Below, piece after piece: positions 18,119 through 26,587 of a stretch of 64,000 nucleotides of DNA. Position 1 is the first letter of the stretch; every line of letters starts with the position of its first letter. The notes below the pieces were generated by a model that was given only the letters and a program-made list of their open reading frames with translations, searched no databases and was not told the origin of the DNA. The position numbers and the translations under genes are program-made. Source of the stretch: an uncultured Actinomycetes bacterium (GTDB taxonomy: Bacteria > Actinomycetota > Acidimicrobiia > Acidimicrobiales > JACCXE01); the NCBI GenBank assembly GCA_963718605.1, contig OY970363.1, positions 3,011,239 to 3,075,238 on the forward strand. The letters are read 5' to 3'.

Positions 18119-18670
18119 GTGGACGACACAACGACGCGCCTGATCTACCTCTACGGACCGCCGGCGGTCGGCAAGCTCACCGTCGCTCGGGCTCTCGAGA
18201 AACGAACTGGGTATCGCCTCTTCCACAACCATCTCACTGTGAACGCGATCCGTGAGGTTTTCGACTTCCGGTCTCGCGCCTTCGTCGAAGTCAGCACGCG
18301 TCTGCGGCTTGACGTGTTCGAGACAGCGATGCGTCATGGCATCGACCTGATCTTCACTAACAACTCGGCTTGGCGTGGCTTCCCGCCCGAGGCGTTCCTC
18401 GGATTCGTCGAACAGGCGCGAACGGTTACGACCGAAGCTGGGGGGACGTTCCTATTGGTCCGTCTGACGGCATCGATGGACGCGCTCGAATCGCGCGTCG
18501 ACTCGGAGTCGCGTCGCCAACACGGAAAGCTGATCGACCGCGAGCGGCTCCGCTCCCTCCTTGCGGAGACTGGCGAGCTCGTGGCAGCGGACACGGCGCT
18601 CACGATCGATACCAGCAACACGTCACCTGAGGAGGCCGCTGGCTCGATCGCTGCCCTGCTCGCGCGATGA
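18119..18670 (+). CDS. P-loop NTPase/kinase (AAA_33-like)
   Basis: LIYLYGPPAVGKLTVARALE. Likely GTG start at 18119 within ORF 17729-18670. Confidence 0.65.
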   Translation: MDDTTTRLIYLYGPPAVGKLTVARALEKRTGYRLFHNHLTVNAIREVFDFRSRAFVEVSTRLRLDVFETAMRHGIDLIFTNNSAWRGFPPEAFLGFVEQARTVTTEAGGTFLLVRLTASMDALESRVDSESRRQHGKLIDRERLRSLLAETGELVAADTALTIDTSNTSPEEAAGSIAALLAR

Positions 18671-18842
18671 GGCGTGGGAAACGGTCAACACTCGACTTCC
18701 CCGAGGTGCCAGTCAGACGAACCCGCGACGGGTGCGGCGTATCCGGCATTCTGGGGCAGCCGCGATCACGTCGCCAAAGTTCGGCGAGCGTCTCGTCGGT
18801 CGGCGACTATGGACGCATGGTCGCCATCGTCGGTGTCTTTTG

Positions 18843-19715
18843 ATGTTGCGTGACGCCGTTGCGGCCTTCGGCATTGATGCGCGACGAGTAAGACGGATAC
18901 CGCGCGGCTGGGTCAATGAGGTGTGGGCCGTTGAAGATCGCCGTCGCCGTTACGTGCTCAAACGCGTCACGCCGGTTCGTACCGATGCCGAGCTACGGCA
19001 TGAACACGCGTTGCTAAACGCACTTGATGACGCGGGATGGCTCGTGCCTCGACCGATTCCGACGCTGACCGGCGCCACCCTCGCCGGTGTTGATGGCGCG
19101 CGGTGGTGGCTCGCTGACTGGATTCCCGGGCGGGCACCGATTCGGGACTCGGTCGGCTTCGGCCGGAGAACAGGTCGGCTGTTGGCCCAGTTGCATAACG
19201 CGGCCTCGAAGCTCAACGCGTTGCCGCAGGTTCCCCGACTTCGGCTTCGAGAGATCGAGCATTGGCCGTTCGAGCCGAGCGGCCAAACACTTTCGAGTGG
19301 CATCGCCACGGCGCCGCTCGAGCGCGACCTGCGGCGTGCGTTGCAGAAGGCAGTTGCTTCCGTTAGCGAACGGCTCGCAGTTACCGGCACCTTGCCGGAG
19401 GCCATGACTCACTTCGACTTTCACCATCGCAACCTGCGCGTTCATCGTGGCCGTACCGCGGTCCTCGACTTCGACTTCGCCCACGTCGATGAACGCGCCG
19501 CCGACATCGCGACGGCGCTGCACTTCATTCCAGACCCGCCCGTCGCCGAGGCATTCGTCGACGGGTACGACGAGATCAACCACCTCGAAGACGACGAACA
19601 CCTTTCGCTACCCGCGCTCTACGACGCACGAAAGCTGCTTCACGCCGCATGGCTGCTGACGATCCCGGCAGGCCAGGATGTTGCGGCAGGCGTTCGGACG
19701 GCCTGGCGGAACTGA
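18843..19715 (+). CDS. phosphotransferase (APH/homoserine-kinase-II-like) family protein
   Basis: GWVNEVWAVEDRRRRYVLKR...THFDFHHRNLRVHRGRTAVLDFDFAHVDERAADIA. ATG 18843 (MLRDAV). Confidence 0.7.
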   Translation: MLRDAVAAFGIDARRVRRIPRGWVNEVWAVEDRRRRYVLKRVTPVRTDAELRHEHALLNALDDAGWLVPRPIPTLTGATLAGVDGARWWLADWIPGRAPIRDSVGFGRRTGRLLAQLHNAASKLNALPQVPRLRLREIEHWPFEPSGQTLSSGIATAPLERDLRRALQKAVASVSERLAVTGTLPEAMTHFDFHHRNLRVHRGRTAVLDFDFAHVDERAADIATALHFIPDPPVAEAFVDGYDEINHLEDDEHLSLPALYDARKLLHAAWLLTIPAGQDVAAGVRTAWRN

Positions 19716-19756
19716 ACTCATGCCCGCTGGGTCGCGCCTGAGCCCGTCAGCCGGCG

Positions 19757-20335
19757 CTATGGACATCGTTCGTTGAATGCAGATGAGGGATGCGCCTCTT
19801 GAAATTCAGCGATCGTCGTTTCGATTGGGTCGAGGCCAAGCTCTTCACGCAGCGTGGCCGCGGATTGCACGTTGCAGGGCTGACGTACTGTCCATACGCC
19901 GTCCACGACAACTAGCTGTGTTGCGTAGATCTGCGGTTCACCTTCAGCGAGTGCAACGCGGTCACTAAGCGCCGCGAAATGTTCAGCTGCGACTTGCCCG
20001 CGAGCGTGCGCTTCGGTCATAAGGGCGAGGCAAAGGCGTTGAAGCTCGACATCGGTGTCCGCGTGCTGCGCGAGGAGCCAGGCGGCCTCGGCGCCGTCCT
20101 CGCCGACCATTGTGTGGTGGGGCCAGCCGTGTTCTTGAATGACTCCGCGCAACCAGTCGACGTTTTCGCGTTGAACGCGGCGCGTGTGCGCGAGGTCCTC
20201 GCGTTCGGTCGGCGTCAGTAGGTGGTCGTGTAGCGGTCCCCAGCCAAGGCGTTGCGAGATCGGCAACGAGTTGGCCAGTGCCGCTTGATCGGCCGCGTAG
20301 CGACGTAGCAGTTCGCCTCGAAGTTCGCTGTTCAC
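19757..20335 (-). CDS. conserved hypothetical helical protein
   Basis: GWPHHTMVGEDGAEAAWLLAQHADTDVELQRLCLALM...LSDRVALAEGEPQIYATQ. Its GTG start overlaps the upstream stop (GTGA at 20332-20335). Confidence 0.5.
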   Translation of the reverse strand: MNSELRGELLRRYAADQAALANSLPISQRLGWGPLHDHLLTPTEREDLAHTRRVQRENVDWLRGVIQEHGWPHHTMVGEDGAEAAWLLAQHADTDVELQRLCLALMTEAHARGQVAAEHFAALSDRVALAEGEPQIYATQLVVVDGVWTVRQPCNVQSAATLREELGLDPIETTIAEFQEAHPSSAFNERCP

Positions 20336-21345
20336 GACGCGACGGTGGCCGTGAGGAGGCTCGCATCCGAACATGTTTCGGTGATTCGGTCCACTTCGAG
20401 CCCGGCGGCCGCGAACAGCTCTCTGCACTCGCGCACGGTTCGTTCGCGTCCTCCGAGGAGAAAGAGCATGTTGATGTCGACGGCTTTGCCGACGTGTGGC
20501 GCATCGCCTTCTGGCAGCACCCGGTCGACCGCGACGATTACGCCCCCAGGCTCGAGCGCGTCACGGCAGCGGCGCAAGATCGCGGTGGCGCGGGCGTCGT
20601 CCCAATCATGCAAGACGTTGGCGAGCAGCATTACGTCGCCCATAGGGACGGATTCGAAGAAGTCTCCGGCCACGAACGCGGACCGCTGGCTTACGCCGGC
20701 GGACTCGAGTGTCGCTGTCGCCACTTGGGCGGCCTCCGGTCGATCGAAGGCGACACCGGTCAGATGTGGATTGTCGCGGAGGATCGCGGCAAGCCAACCG
20801 CCCCAGCCTGCACCAACGTCGACCACGTGCCGGCGGCCGGCAAAGTCGAGCAGTGGCAGGACCGCCGGCAGCTGCAGTTCAGCGGCTGCGCGCACCTCGG
20901 AGTCGAGAGCGGCCCGGGCAGTTTCGTCTTCAGCGATCGCTTCCCAGAAAGGGCGACCGTGCATGCGGTCATACGCCGCCTCACCCGTCACGGCAGTGGC
21001 TATCCACTCCTGCCACGGAAGCCAGGGCTTCACGAGGACGTCGCCCTCCACGCACCACCGAAGCGATCGCGGCGCGTCAGCGCGCAGCCATGAACTCATC
21101 GGCGTGTTGTCAAACACTCGCGCCTCGATCTCAGTAAAGACGCCGTGCGACGCAGCAAATCGCAGAAACCGGTACAACGTCATCGCGTGTGCGCCGCACG
21201 CGTTCGCTAACTCGTCGACGCTGCGTGCCCCGTCTCGCAACAGGTCCGCTATCCCGAAATGATTCAACACCGCGATCGTTTGCGCAGGTGTAACCGCCAT
21301 CAACGTCTGCAGCGCAGACCGGTCGCTCTCATCCCAGCCGTCCAT
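20332..21345 (-). CDS. O-methyltransferase (class I SAM-dependent, with N-terminal dimerisation/wHTH domain)
   Basis: VVDVGAGWGGWLAAIL...GDFFESVPMGDVMLLANVLHDWDD...GGVIVAVDRVLPEG...DINMLFLLGGRERT. Confidence 0.8.
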   Translation of the reverse strand: MDGWDESDRSALQTLMAVTPAQTIAVLNHFGIADLLRDGARSVDELANACGAHAMTLYRFLRFAASHGVFTEIEARVFDNTPMSSWLRADAPRSLRWCVEGDVLVKPWLPWQEWIATAVTGEAAYDRMHGRPFWEAIAEDETARAALDSEVRAAAELQLPAVLPLLDFAGRRHVVDVGAGWGGWLAAILRDNPHLTGVAFDRPEAAQVATATLESAGVSQRSAFVAGDFFESVPMGDVMLLANVLHDWDDARATAILRRCRDALEPGGVIVAVDRVLPEGDAPHVGKAVDINMLFLLGGRERTVRECRELFAAAGLEVDRITETCSDASLLTATVAS

Positions 21346-21505
21346 TCGCCCTCCCTCGAATTGGGCCGAACCTTGACGGAAGCGATCGGTGGAAGCAACC
21401 GACGCGATCTCGGTAGTCTGTTAATAGGCCGACCGGCGAAGCAGGCGTCACACGCGCGCTCGACGCTCTCGCGCTCCGAGTTAAGCGGCGTCGTACGCTT
21501 TCGGC

Positions 21506-22555
21506 GTGTTGTTCTGGCTGGGCGGGCGCCTTGTAGATGACTTCGGTCCTGCGCGCCTGCTCACGTCGCGCCTGCTCCTGGGAGGGCTCGCAGCAGGTCT
21601 TTGTTTCGCGCTCACCTTTTTGCTGCTCCCAAGACTGATGCACCGTGTCTCGGTTGACAGAGGTAAGGAGCACGCGGTTGACGGAGAGGGCGCCAAGGGC
21701 AAGCCGACAGGCACCGGTGTCATCTTCATCCCGGTTTTCGTAGCGGTGCAGTTTCTGTGCCTGCCTTTGACCTGGAGGACATCGAGCGTGCTGGTCCTGA
21801 CGCTCGGCGCCATGGTCTTCGGCTACCTCGACGACCGAGCGCCACTGGCCTGGAGTGAGTACAAGAAAGGCCTCTTCGACTTCGTCCTTGCGGCAAGCGC
21901 GGCGACCGTGCTCTCAGGGCTGCACTCCGCGAGCATCTGGCTGCCGTTCGCGAAGGGTGAATACCAAGTACCCGCGTGGGCCTTCATCGCCGGCGGCACC
22001 GCGCTGATTTGGCTCGCCACGAACGCGTTGAACTGCAGCGACGGCATCGACAGCCTGTCAGCGACTCTCTCGCTGCTGGCGTTCAGTGCACTAGGCGGGC
22101 TGCTCTACATCGTCCTGGGAAACGAGCGGATCGCCGGATACCTACTGGTTCCCATCGCCCCCTACGGCGCCGTATGGGGAATGTTGGCTTTCTCGGTCGC
22201 GGGGACCCTGCTCGGCTACCTCTGGTACAACGCACCGCCGAGCATTCTGCTCATGGGCGATGCGGGCTCACGCCCTCTCGGATTTCTTCTGGGTGTTCTC
22301 GTGATAACGACCGGCAACCCCTTCATGCTCTTGATTGTTTCGGCCGTACTCGTGGCCAACGGCGGGACGGGTCTGGTCAAAGTCGCGCTCCTACGGTTCG
22401 GGCGCATCAGCATCTTCAAGACGACGCGCTTCCCGCTTCACGATCACGTGCGCCACAACAAGCACTGGTCAAACACTCAGGTACTCGTCCGGTTCTCTGC
22501 GCTGCAGTTAATGCTCACAGCAGCGCTGTTGTTGGTGCTTCTCAAGATTCGCTGA
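21506..22555 (+). CDS. divergent MraY-like polyprenyl-phosphate sugar-phosphate transferase paralogue
   Basis: Colinear with MraY: MLFWLGGRL (compare MLVWLAEHL), GYLDDR, NALNCSDGIDSLS (compare NAVNLTDGLDGLA), MGDAGSRPLG, PLHDHVRHNKHW (compare PIHHHYELKGW), VLVRFSALQLMLTAALLLVLLKIR. Confidence 0.75.
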   Translation: MLFWLGGRLVDDFGPARLLTSRLLLGGLAAGLCFALTFLLLPRLMHRVSVDRGKEHAVDGEGAKGKPTGTGVIFIPVFVAVQFLCLPLTWRTSSVLVLTLGAMVFGYLDDRAPLAWSEYKKGLFDFVLAASAATVLSGLHSASIWLPFAKGEYQVPAWAFIAGGTALIWLATNALNCSDGIDSLSATLSLLAFSALGGLLYIVLGNERIAGYLLVPIAPYGAVWGMLAFSVAGTLLGYLWYNAPPSILLMGDAGSRPLGFLLGVLVITTGNPFMLLIVSAVLVANGGTGLVKVALLRFGRISIFKTTRFPLHDHVRHNKHWSNTQVLVRFSALQLMLTAALLLVLLKIR

Positions 22556-22655
22556 CGGCATCGGAAGCATCACGCGCGAGACGCCCGCATTGCCGGATAT
22601 CGCGCGGTGGGACACTCCCGGCGTTCAGGGATACCTACTCGCTCGGCGACTTCCG

Positions 22656-22958
22656 CTACCGATCTCTAACCAGTACGCAGACTGCGAAAGGCGCGTCGTC
22701 CCGCTCAACTTCCTCGCCTTCGGCGACGCCTCGGCTACGGATTTCACCGACGTGAGCCATTGCCGATGCGCTCCATCACAGAGCACGAGCGCTCGTCGTA
22801 ACGCGCTGTGCACGAGACGACGGCGCGCGCGTCAAGCACCCCGAACGCGTACTGAAGGCCGGCTCTGCCAATCTCCGACGCGTGCCCGTTGCCCCAGTAC
22901 TCGGGCGGAGAGCCCAACCGATCTCAAACGTTAGGGACTCGGACACGCGTTCTGACAT
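22656..22958 (-). pseudogene. decayed GNAT (RimJ/RimL-like) acetyltransferase fragment, N-terminally truncated and with at least two frameshifts
   Basis: The pieces LTFEIGWALRP / YWGNGHASEIGRAGLQYAFGVLDARAVVSCT / AHVGEIRSRGV...VCVLVRDR follow GNAT order but lie in three different frames. Confidence 0.4.
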
Positions 22959-23049
22959 CCTGCCTGCGGGAGCTCACTACTCACGCCCGGTGCCGCTACC
23001 CATCCGGCGAGATGGGACAGGACCGTCCCCCATCGTGCCGCCATTGGCG

Positions 23050-24603
23050 CTACACGATTGACACGGTGAATGGCCGTTCGGCGACAGTGGTGGGGTTGCC
23101 TGGGGCAATCGATTCATTCGTGACGACTAAGCGCACGAGCTGGCAGCCCGCCGGGTTTATCGTCGGGGTCGTGGCGTCGGCACCCGCCCGCAGTGTCGTG
23201 CCCAACGGAATGATTCGTAGCGCCGAGCCGGTGTCGCAGACTGCCGAAACCCGCAACACGCCGCCGAGCGATGTGTTCTTGATCCGTACGCCGTAGGGCG
23301 CTCCGGTACTCGGCAGCCACAGGCGCTTCGAGCCGAGATCGTCGGCCACGGTGCCGTCATAGCCCTCGCCGCGCGTGACCGAACCGTCGTAGAAGCGCAC
23401 GCCTCGCCGGTCGCGATAGCCCTGGGCCTCTTCGAAGCAGTGCGGCAACTTGTAGCCCCCGCCACAGGAGCGCACCGTCGTCAGAGAAATGATCGCGTCG
23501 TGAAAAGCCGGCCCCATCTCTAGGCCTTGCTCGCGCAAAGCAGCGACAAGGGCATTCACGTTCTGGGCTTTGCGCTGGCTGACCAGTTCCCAAAAGCGGC
23601 GCATCATCGTTCGCCCGTTGGGGCCGAGCCGTTCGCTCAGCCCGCGGAATACGACCCAGTAGCCGTAGATGTTGTCGTCGTACTCGGCCATGCTCGGCCC
23701 TACGTCGGGCCAGAGATAGTTGTAGTTGTCGTTCACCTCATCGAAGACTTCGTCCTCAATCCAGGTCGCGCCGCCTTCGACGAAAACGCTGTCGGGCACC
23801 CGCGAGTGCAGTACGCCGAGCCCGTACTGCAGCGAGTGGTTGAACTCGTGAGCGGCCGTGGCGAACATTGCCTTCAGAGGCGACGACGAGACCTGGCTCA
23901 TGTCCGCTTGGATAACGACGCAGGAACTCTGCGCATCGCCCTCGTTCCAGGGCGTGGCGGGATTGTCGCCGACGACGCCGGTCGCGACCGCGTATCCGTA
24001 GAACACCGGGGCGACCGTGGCGTCGATGACGACGAGATATTTACCGCCGAGCGCGTCGTGCGTGGGAGGCGGGGGTGGGGCCCATCCATCACGAACGACC
24101 TCCGCGTCCCACGACGCCTCAAACGCCCGGGCGTAGTCCCGCACAGTGAGGCCTCCTCCAATCAGCTTGGTCGTGTACTGGAACACGAAGTGGGCCGTTT
24201 CCAGCTGACGGAGTTGCGGTGACCCTGCAAAGGGTGCGCCCTCGATGCAAGTGGTGGTGCTGGGCGACAGTCCCAGAATTGCCCGGGGTGAGCTGTCCTC
24301 GCCCGCCTTTTGGGCGTAGGCCTGGGCTTGGAGAAGTGCCATCGTGCCGTCCGAGCGCGTCGTGGACCGGAACGCGGCCGGCAGAGCGAGATTGCGCAAG
24401 GCTCGCACCCGCAGCTCGAAGGCTTGGCGTGCACTTATGACGCCACGGCGCTCAGCTCGGTCGATGAGTTCGGCCGTGGGTCGGCCCGGTCTCGGACGCA
24501 CGTCGGAGCGCGCCATTGCGCTGCTTGTGTTGGCGATCACCACCGTGGCCAAAACCACGACCAGAACTCGCCGAATGGCCTTTACTGTCACGTTCGTTCT
24601 CAC
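23050..24603 (-). CDS. secreted zinc metallopeptidase (HEXXH) with C-terminal beta-rich domain
   Basis: Signal peptide MRTNVTVKAIRRVLVVVLATVVIANTSSAMA. Zinc motif AAHEFNHSLQYG. Confidence 0.7.
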   Translation of the reverse strand: MRTNVTVKAIRRVLVVVLATVVIANTSSAMARSDVRPRPGRPTAELIDRAERRGVISARQAFELRVRALRNLALPAAFRSTTRSDGTMALLQAQAYAQKAGEDSSPRAILGLSPSTTTCIEGAPFAGSPQLRQLETAHFVFQYTTKLIGGGLTVRDYARAFEASWDAEVVRDGWAPPPPPTHDALGGKYLVVIDATVAPVFYGYAVATGVVGDNPATPWNEGDAQSSCVVIQADMSQVSSSPLKAMFATAAHEFNHSLQYGLGVLHSRVPDSVFVEGGATWIEDEVFDEVNDNYNYLWPDVGPSMAEYDDNIYGYWVVFRGLSERLGPNGRTMMRRFWELVSQRKAQNVNALVAALREQGLEMGPAFHDAIISLTTVRSCGGGYKLPHCFEEAQGYRDRRGVRFYDGSVTRGEGYDGTVADDLGSKRLWLPSTGAPYGVRIKNTSLGGVLRVSAVCDTGSALRIIPLGTTLRAGADATTPTINPAGCQLVRLVVTNESIAPGNPTTVAERPFTVSIV

Positions 24604-24787
24604 TTGCCCCCGGTTATGTGCAGCGCAACCTACGCGGGTACCGAAGCCCGGCCTATGACGAACGCCACATCAATCTCATAGAGATACAGGCGCCCTGCAC
24701 AACAGAGTGGTGAACTGACCGGGGCAGGCCAATCGGCGATAGGTGACGCTCCGGCTCCCTCTGGACAGCTTTTGACAGGATGGCGAC

Positions 24788-25192
24788 GTGACCGCACCAG
24801 ATCCGGATGTTGTGTCTCAGGTCGTTGCTCTTGATGAGGAGTTGCGTCGTGCGTTGGAAGAGCGCAAGTACGAGGTGATCGAGCGGCTTTACGCGCCAGA
24901 GTTCACGATCAACAGCCCGGCGTCCCGAATTCAGACGCGGCTAGAGACGATCGACCTGCTTAAGCGGACGCAGATGCGCCATGTCGGTGTTGAGCGCCGA
25001 ATCGAGTCCGCTTACGCCAGCGGAGAGGACGTGGTCATCGTTATGGGTTACGAATCGTTGGTTTGGGAGGGCACCGGATCCGACCTTGATGGGAAGCGCA
25101 CAGCTCGGCGTTTCACAAACGTGTGGCGCCGAACTGCCGCTGGTTGGCAGGACATCGCGCGGCAAGCGACGACAGAGCCAATCGACGACTGA
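24788..25192 (+). CDS. SnoaL-like/DUF4440 (NTF2 fold) protein
   Basis: RLYAPEFTINSP...RFTNVWRRTAAGWQDIARQAT. Confidence 0.55.
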   Translation: MTAPDPDVVSQVVALDEELRRALEERKYEVIERLYAPEFTINSPASRIQTRLETIDLLKRTQMRHVGVERRIESAYASGEDVVIVMGYESLVWEGTGSDLDGKRTARRFTNVWRRTAAGWQDIARQATTEPIDD

Positions 25193-25651
25193 AGTCGGCC
25201 GACGTCACAACCGGCGGTATGGGCACTAGGGCCAGTGCGAACGGAGGACCGAGGCAAGTTCCGCCGCGAACTTCAAACGGGATCACGGGGATCCACTCAG
25301 CGGGAGGGAACTGCGTACCGGCCTTCGTGGGGACGACGTGAAAGTGGACGTGCGGAACCGTCTGATATCCGGCAAGTCCGTTGTGCTGGCGAACAACGAG
25401 GCCCTCGGGATCTAGCGCGCGTCGTATCGCGCGGGACGCGTCAGCGACTGCGTGTGCAAGGTCCGACTCTTCGTCGCGGGTCAAGTCGAAGATTGTCTCG
25501 ACGTGTCGACGTGGCACAACGAGCGTGTGGCCCGGTAGTCCACCCAGCGCGGCGGGAGCCAAGAAACGGACACGGACTCCAGGTCGATGATCACGGCGGG
25601 CGGGCCGTGCGACGCGAACCTGCCTGCGAAGTTCTCGCAATACGGGCAAGG
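25113..25651 (-). pseudogene. HIT family protein, apparently frameshifted near nt 25555-25585
   Basis: The C-terminal part is PGHTLVVPRRHVETIFDLT...VPHVHFHVVP. The expected N-terminal CPYCENFAGR...AVIIDLE is encoded just upstream in another frame (25637-25651 region). Confidence 0.55.
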
Positions 25652-25730
25652 GTCGCGGTCAGGAACGGTAAGGGACGAGATATTGGGAACCGTAGGGCGC
25701 TGAGCCGACGTCGCGGCGAGGTTCGCAGCT

Positions 25731-26204
25731 TTGTGCGAGCGAAGTTGCGAGACTCTGATCGTGCACGGCGACGGCGGCATCGAGTGCGACTTCTGCGACC
25801 TGGAGACCTTTCGCCGCGCGGAAATATTCATCGAAGCCGAGCTGACGTTCTTCGCGTCCGATGCCTTCGAGACATCACAGGTACTACCTGGAGGCGGGAT
25901 CATCTGTCCGCGGGCGCATCGGGAGTCGCCGTTCGACCTGTCGGTCGAAGAGTGGGCAGACACCCGCGAGATGCTGCGCCGCGCCAAGAGTCTCCTTGAC
26001 GAGCGCCTCAACCCCGACGGCTACAACTTGATCTGGAACGTGGAGCCCGACGGCGGCCAAGAGGTCGCGCACGTCCACCTCCACGTCATCCCCCGATTCC
26101 ACGATGAACCCTTCGCAGGACGTGGCGCTCGCTGGCACCTCAAGCAAGCAGCGAACCGCCGGCCCGCCCCCCTCGCACCCGGCAGCGGACTCGCAGTCTC
26201 CTAG
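25731..26204 (+). CDS. HIT family protein
   Basis: CDFCDLE...GGGIICPRAHRESPFDLSVEEW...VAHVHLHVIPRF. Confidence 0.75.
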   Translation: MCERSCETLIVHGDGGIECDFCDLETFRRAEIFIEAELTFFASDAFETSQVLPGGGIICPRAHRESPFDLSVEEWADTREMLRRAKSLLDERLNPDGYNLIWNVEPDGGQEVAHVHLHVIPRFHDEPFAGRGARWHLKQAANRRPAPLAPGSGLAVS

Positions 26205-26232
26205 CCGGCGGTACGGGGGCACGGTGGCGGCG

Positions 26233-26283
26233 AGTTCTTTGGTCACTAGTGGTCGCACAGGAGCCACGAGTGACCAAAGAACT
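26233..26283. repeat. 20-bp inverted repeat (AGTTCTTTGGTCACTAGTGG / CCACGAGTGACCAAAGAACT, 1 mismatch, 11-nt spacer) with a third direct copy at 26294-26313
   Basis: Read directly from the sequence. It lies between the HIT stop and att-like copy B. Confidence 0.7.
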
Positions 26284-26395
26284 GCGGCAGAGCGTTCCTT
26301 GGTCGATTGTGGCCCCACTGGGTGTCCCCGAAGTGCCGATTGGTGATACTCAAAACGCGCCGCGGCGTTTGCGCCCCCTTAGCGATCCAAACCCC

Positions 26396-26557
26396 CCAAC
26401 CCCACGCCAGCCCCACGCGTGCGGCGATTCGCCGTCGTTCGTCATCGGTCGCACAGTTCGCTGACCAGCACTTTTGAACAACCGCGGACGTTTACGGATC
26501 GAACAGGTGTTGCTGCAAAGCCCCGTACACCGGTTCGATTCCGGTCGCCGCCTCCAA
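26396..26557 (+). repeat. att-like direct repeat copy B; 26513-26556 is a displaced 3' half of tRNA-Cys(GCA)
   Basis: Same length as copy A. The last 61 nt are identical and the first ~100 nt are about 83% identical by hand count. Confidence 0.7.
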
Positions 26558-26587
26558 CGAATGGTCCAGGCCCACGCCCACGGCGCT

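Larger units (their letters stand above)
7006..26557. mobile_element. putative integrative genomic island bounded by tRNA-Cys 3'-half direct repeats, carrying a tyrosine recombinase
   Basis: The flanking direct repeats share an identical 61-nt core. There is an internal integrase (10378-11289), heterogeneous accessory cargo and several decayed genes. Confidence 0.45.

Noticed and set aside
22590-22934. 114-aa plus-strand ORF in the gap after the MraY-like gene
   Set aside because: Its composition is poor. The region is better explained by decayed GNAT-like coding remnants on the minus strand.
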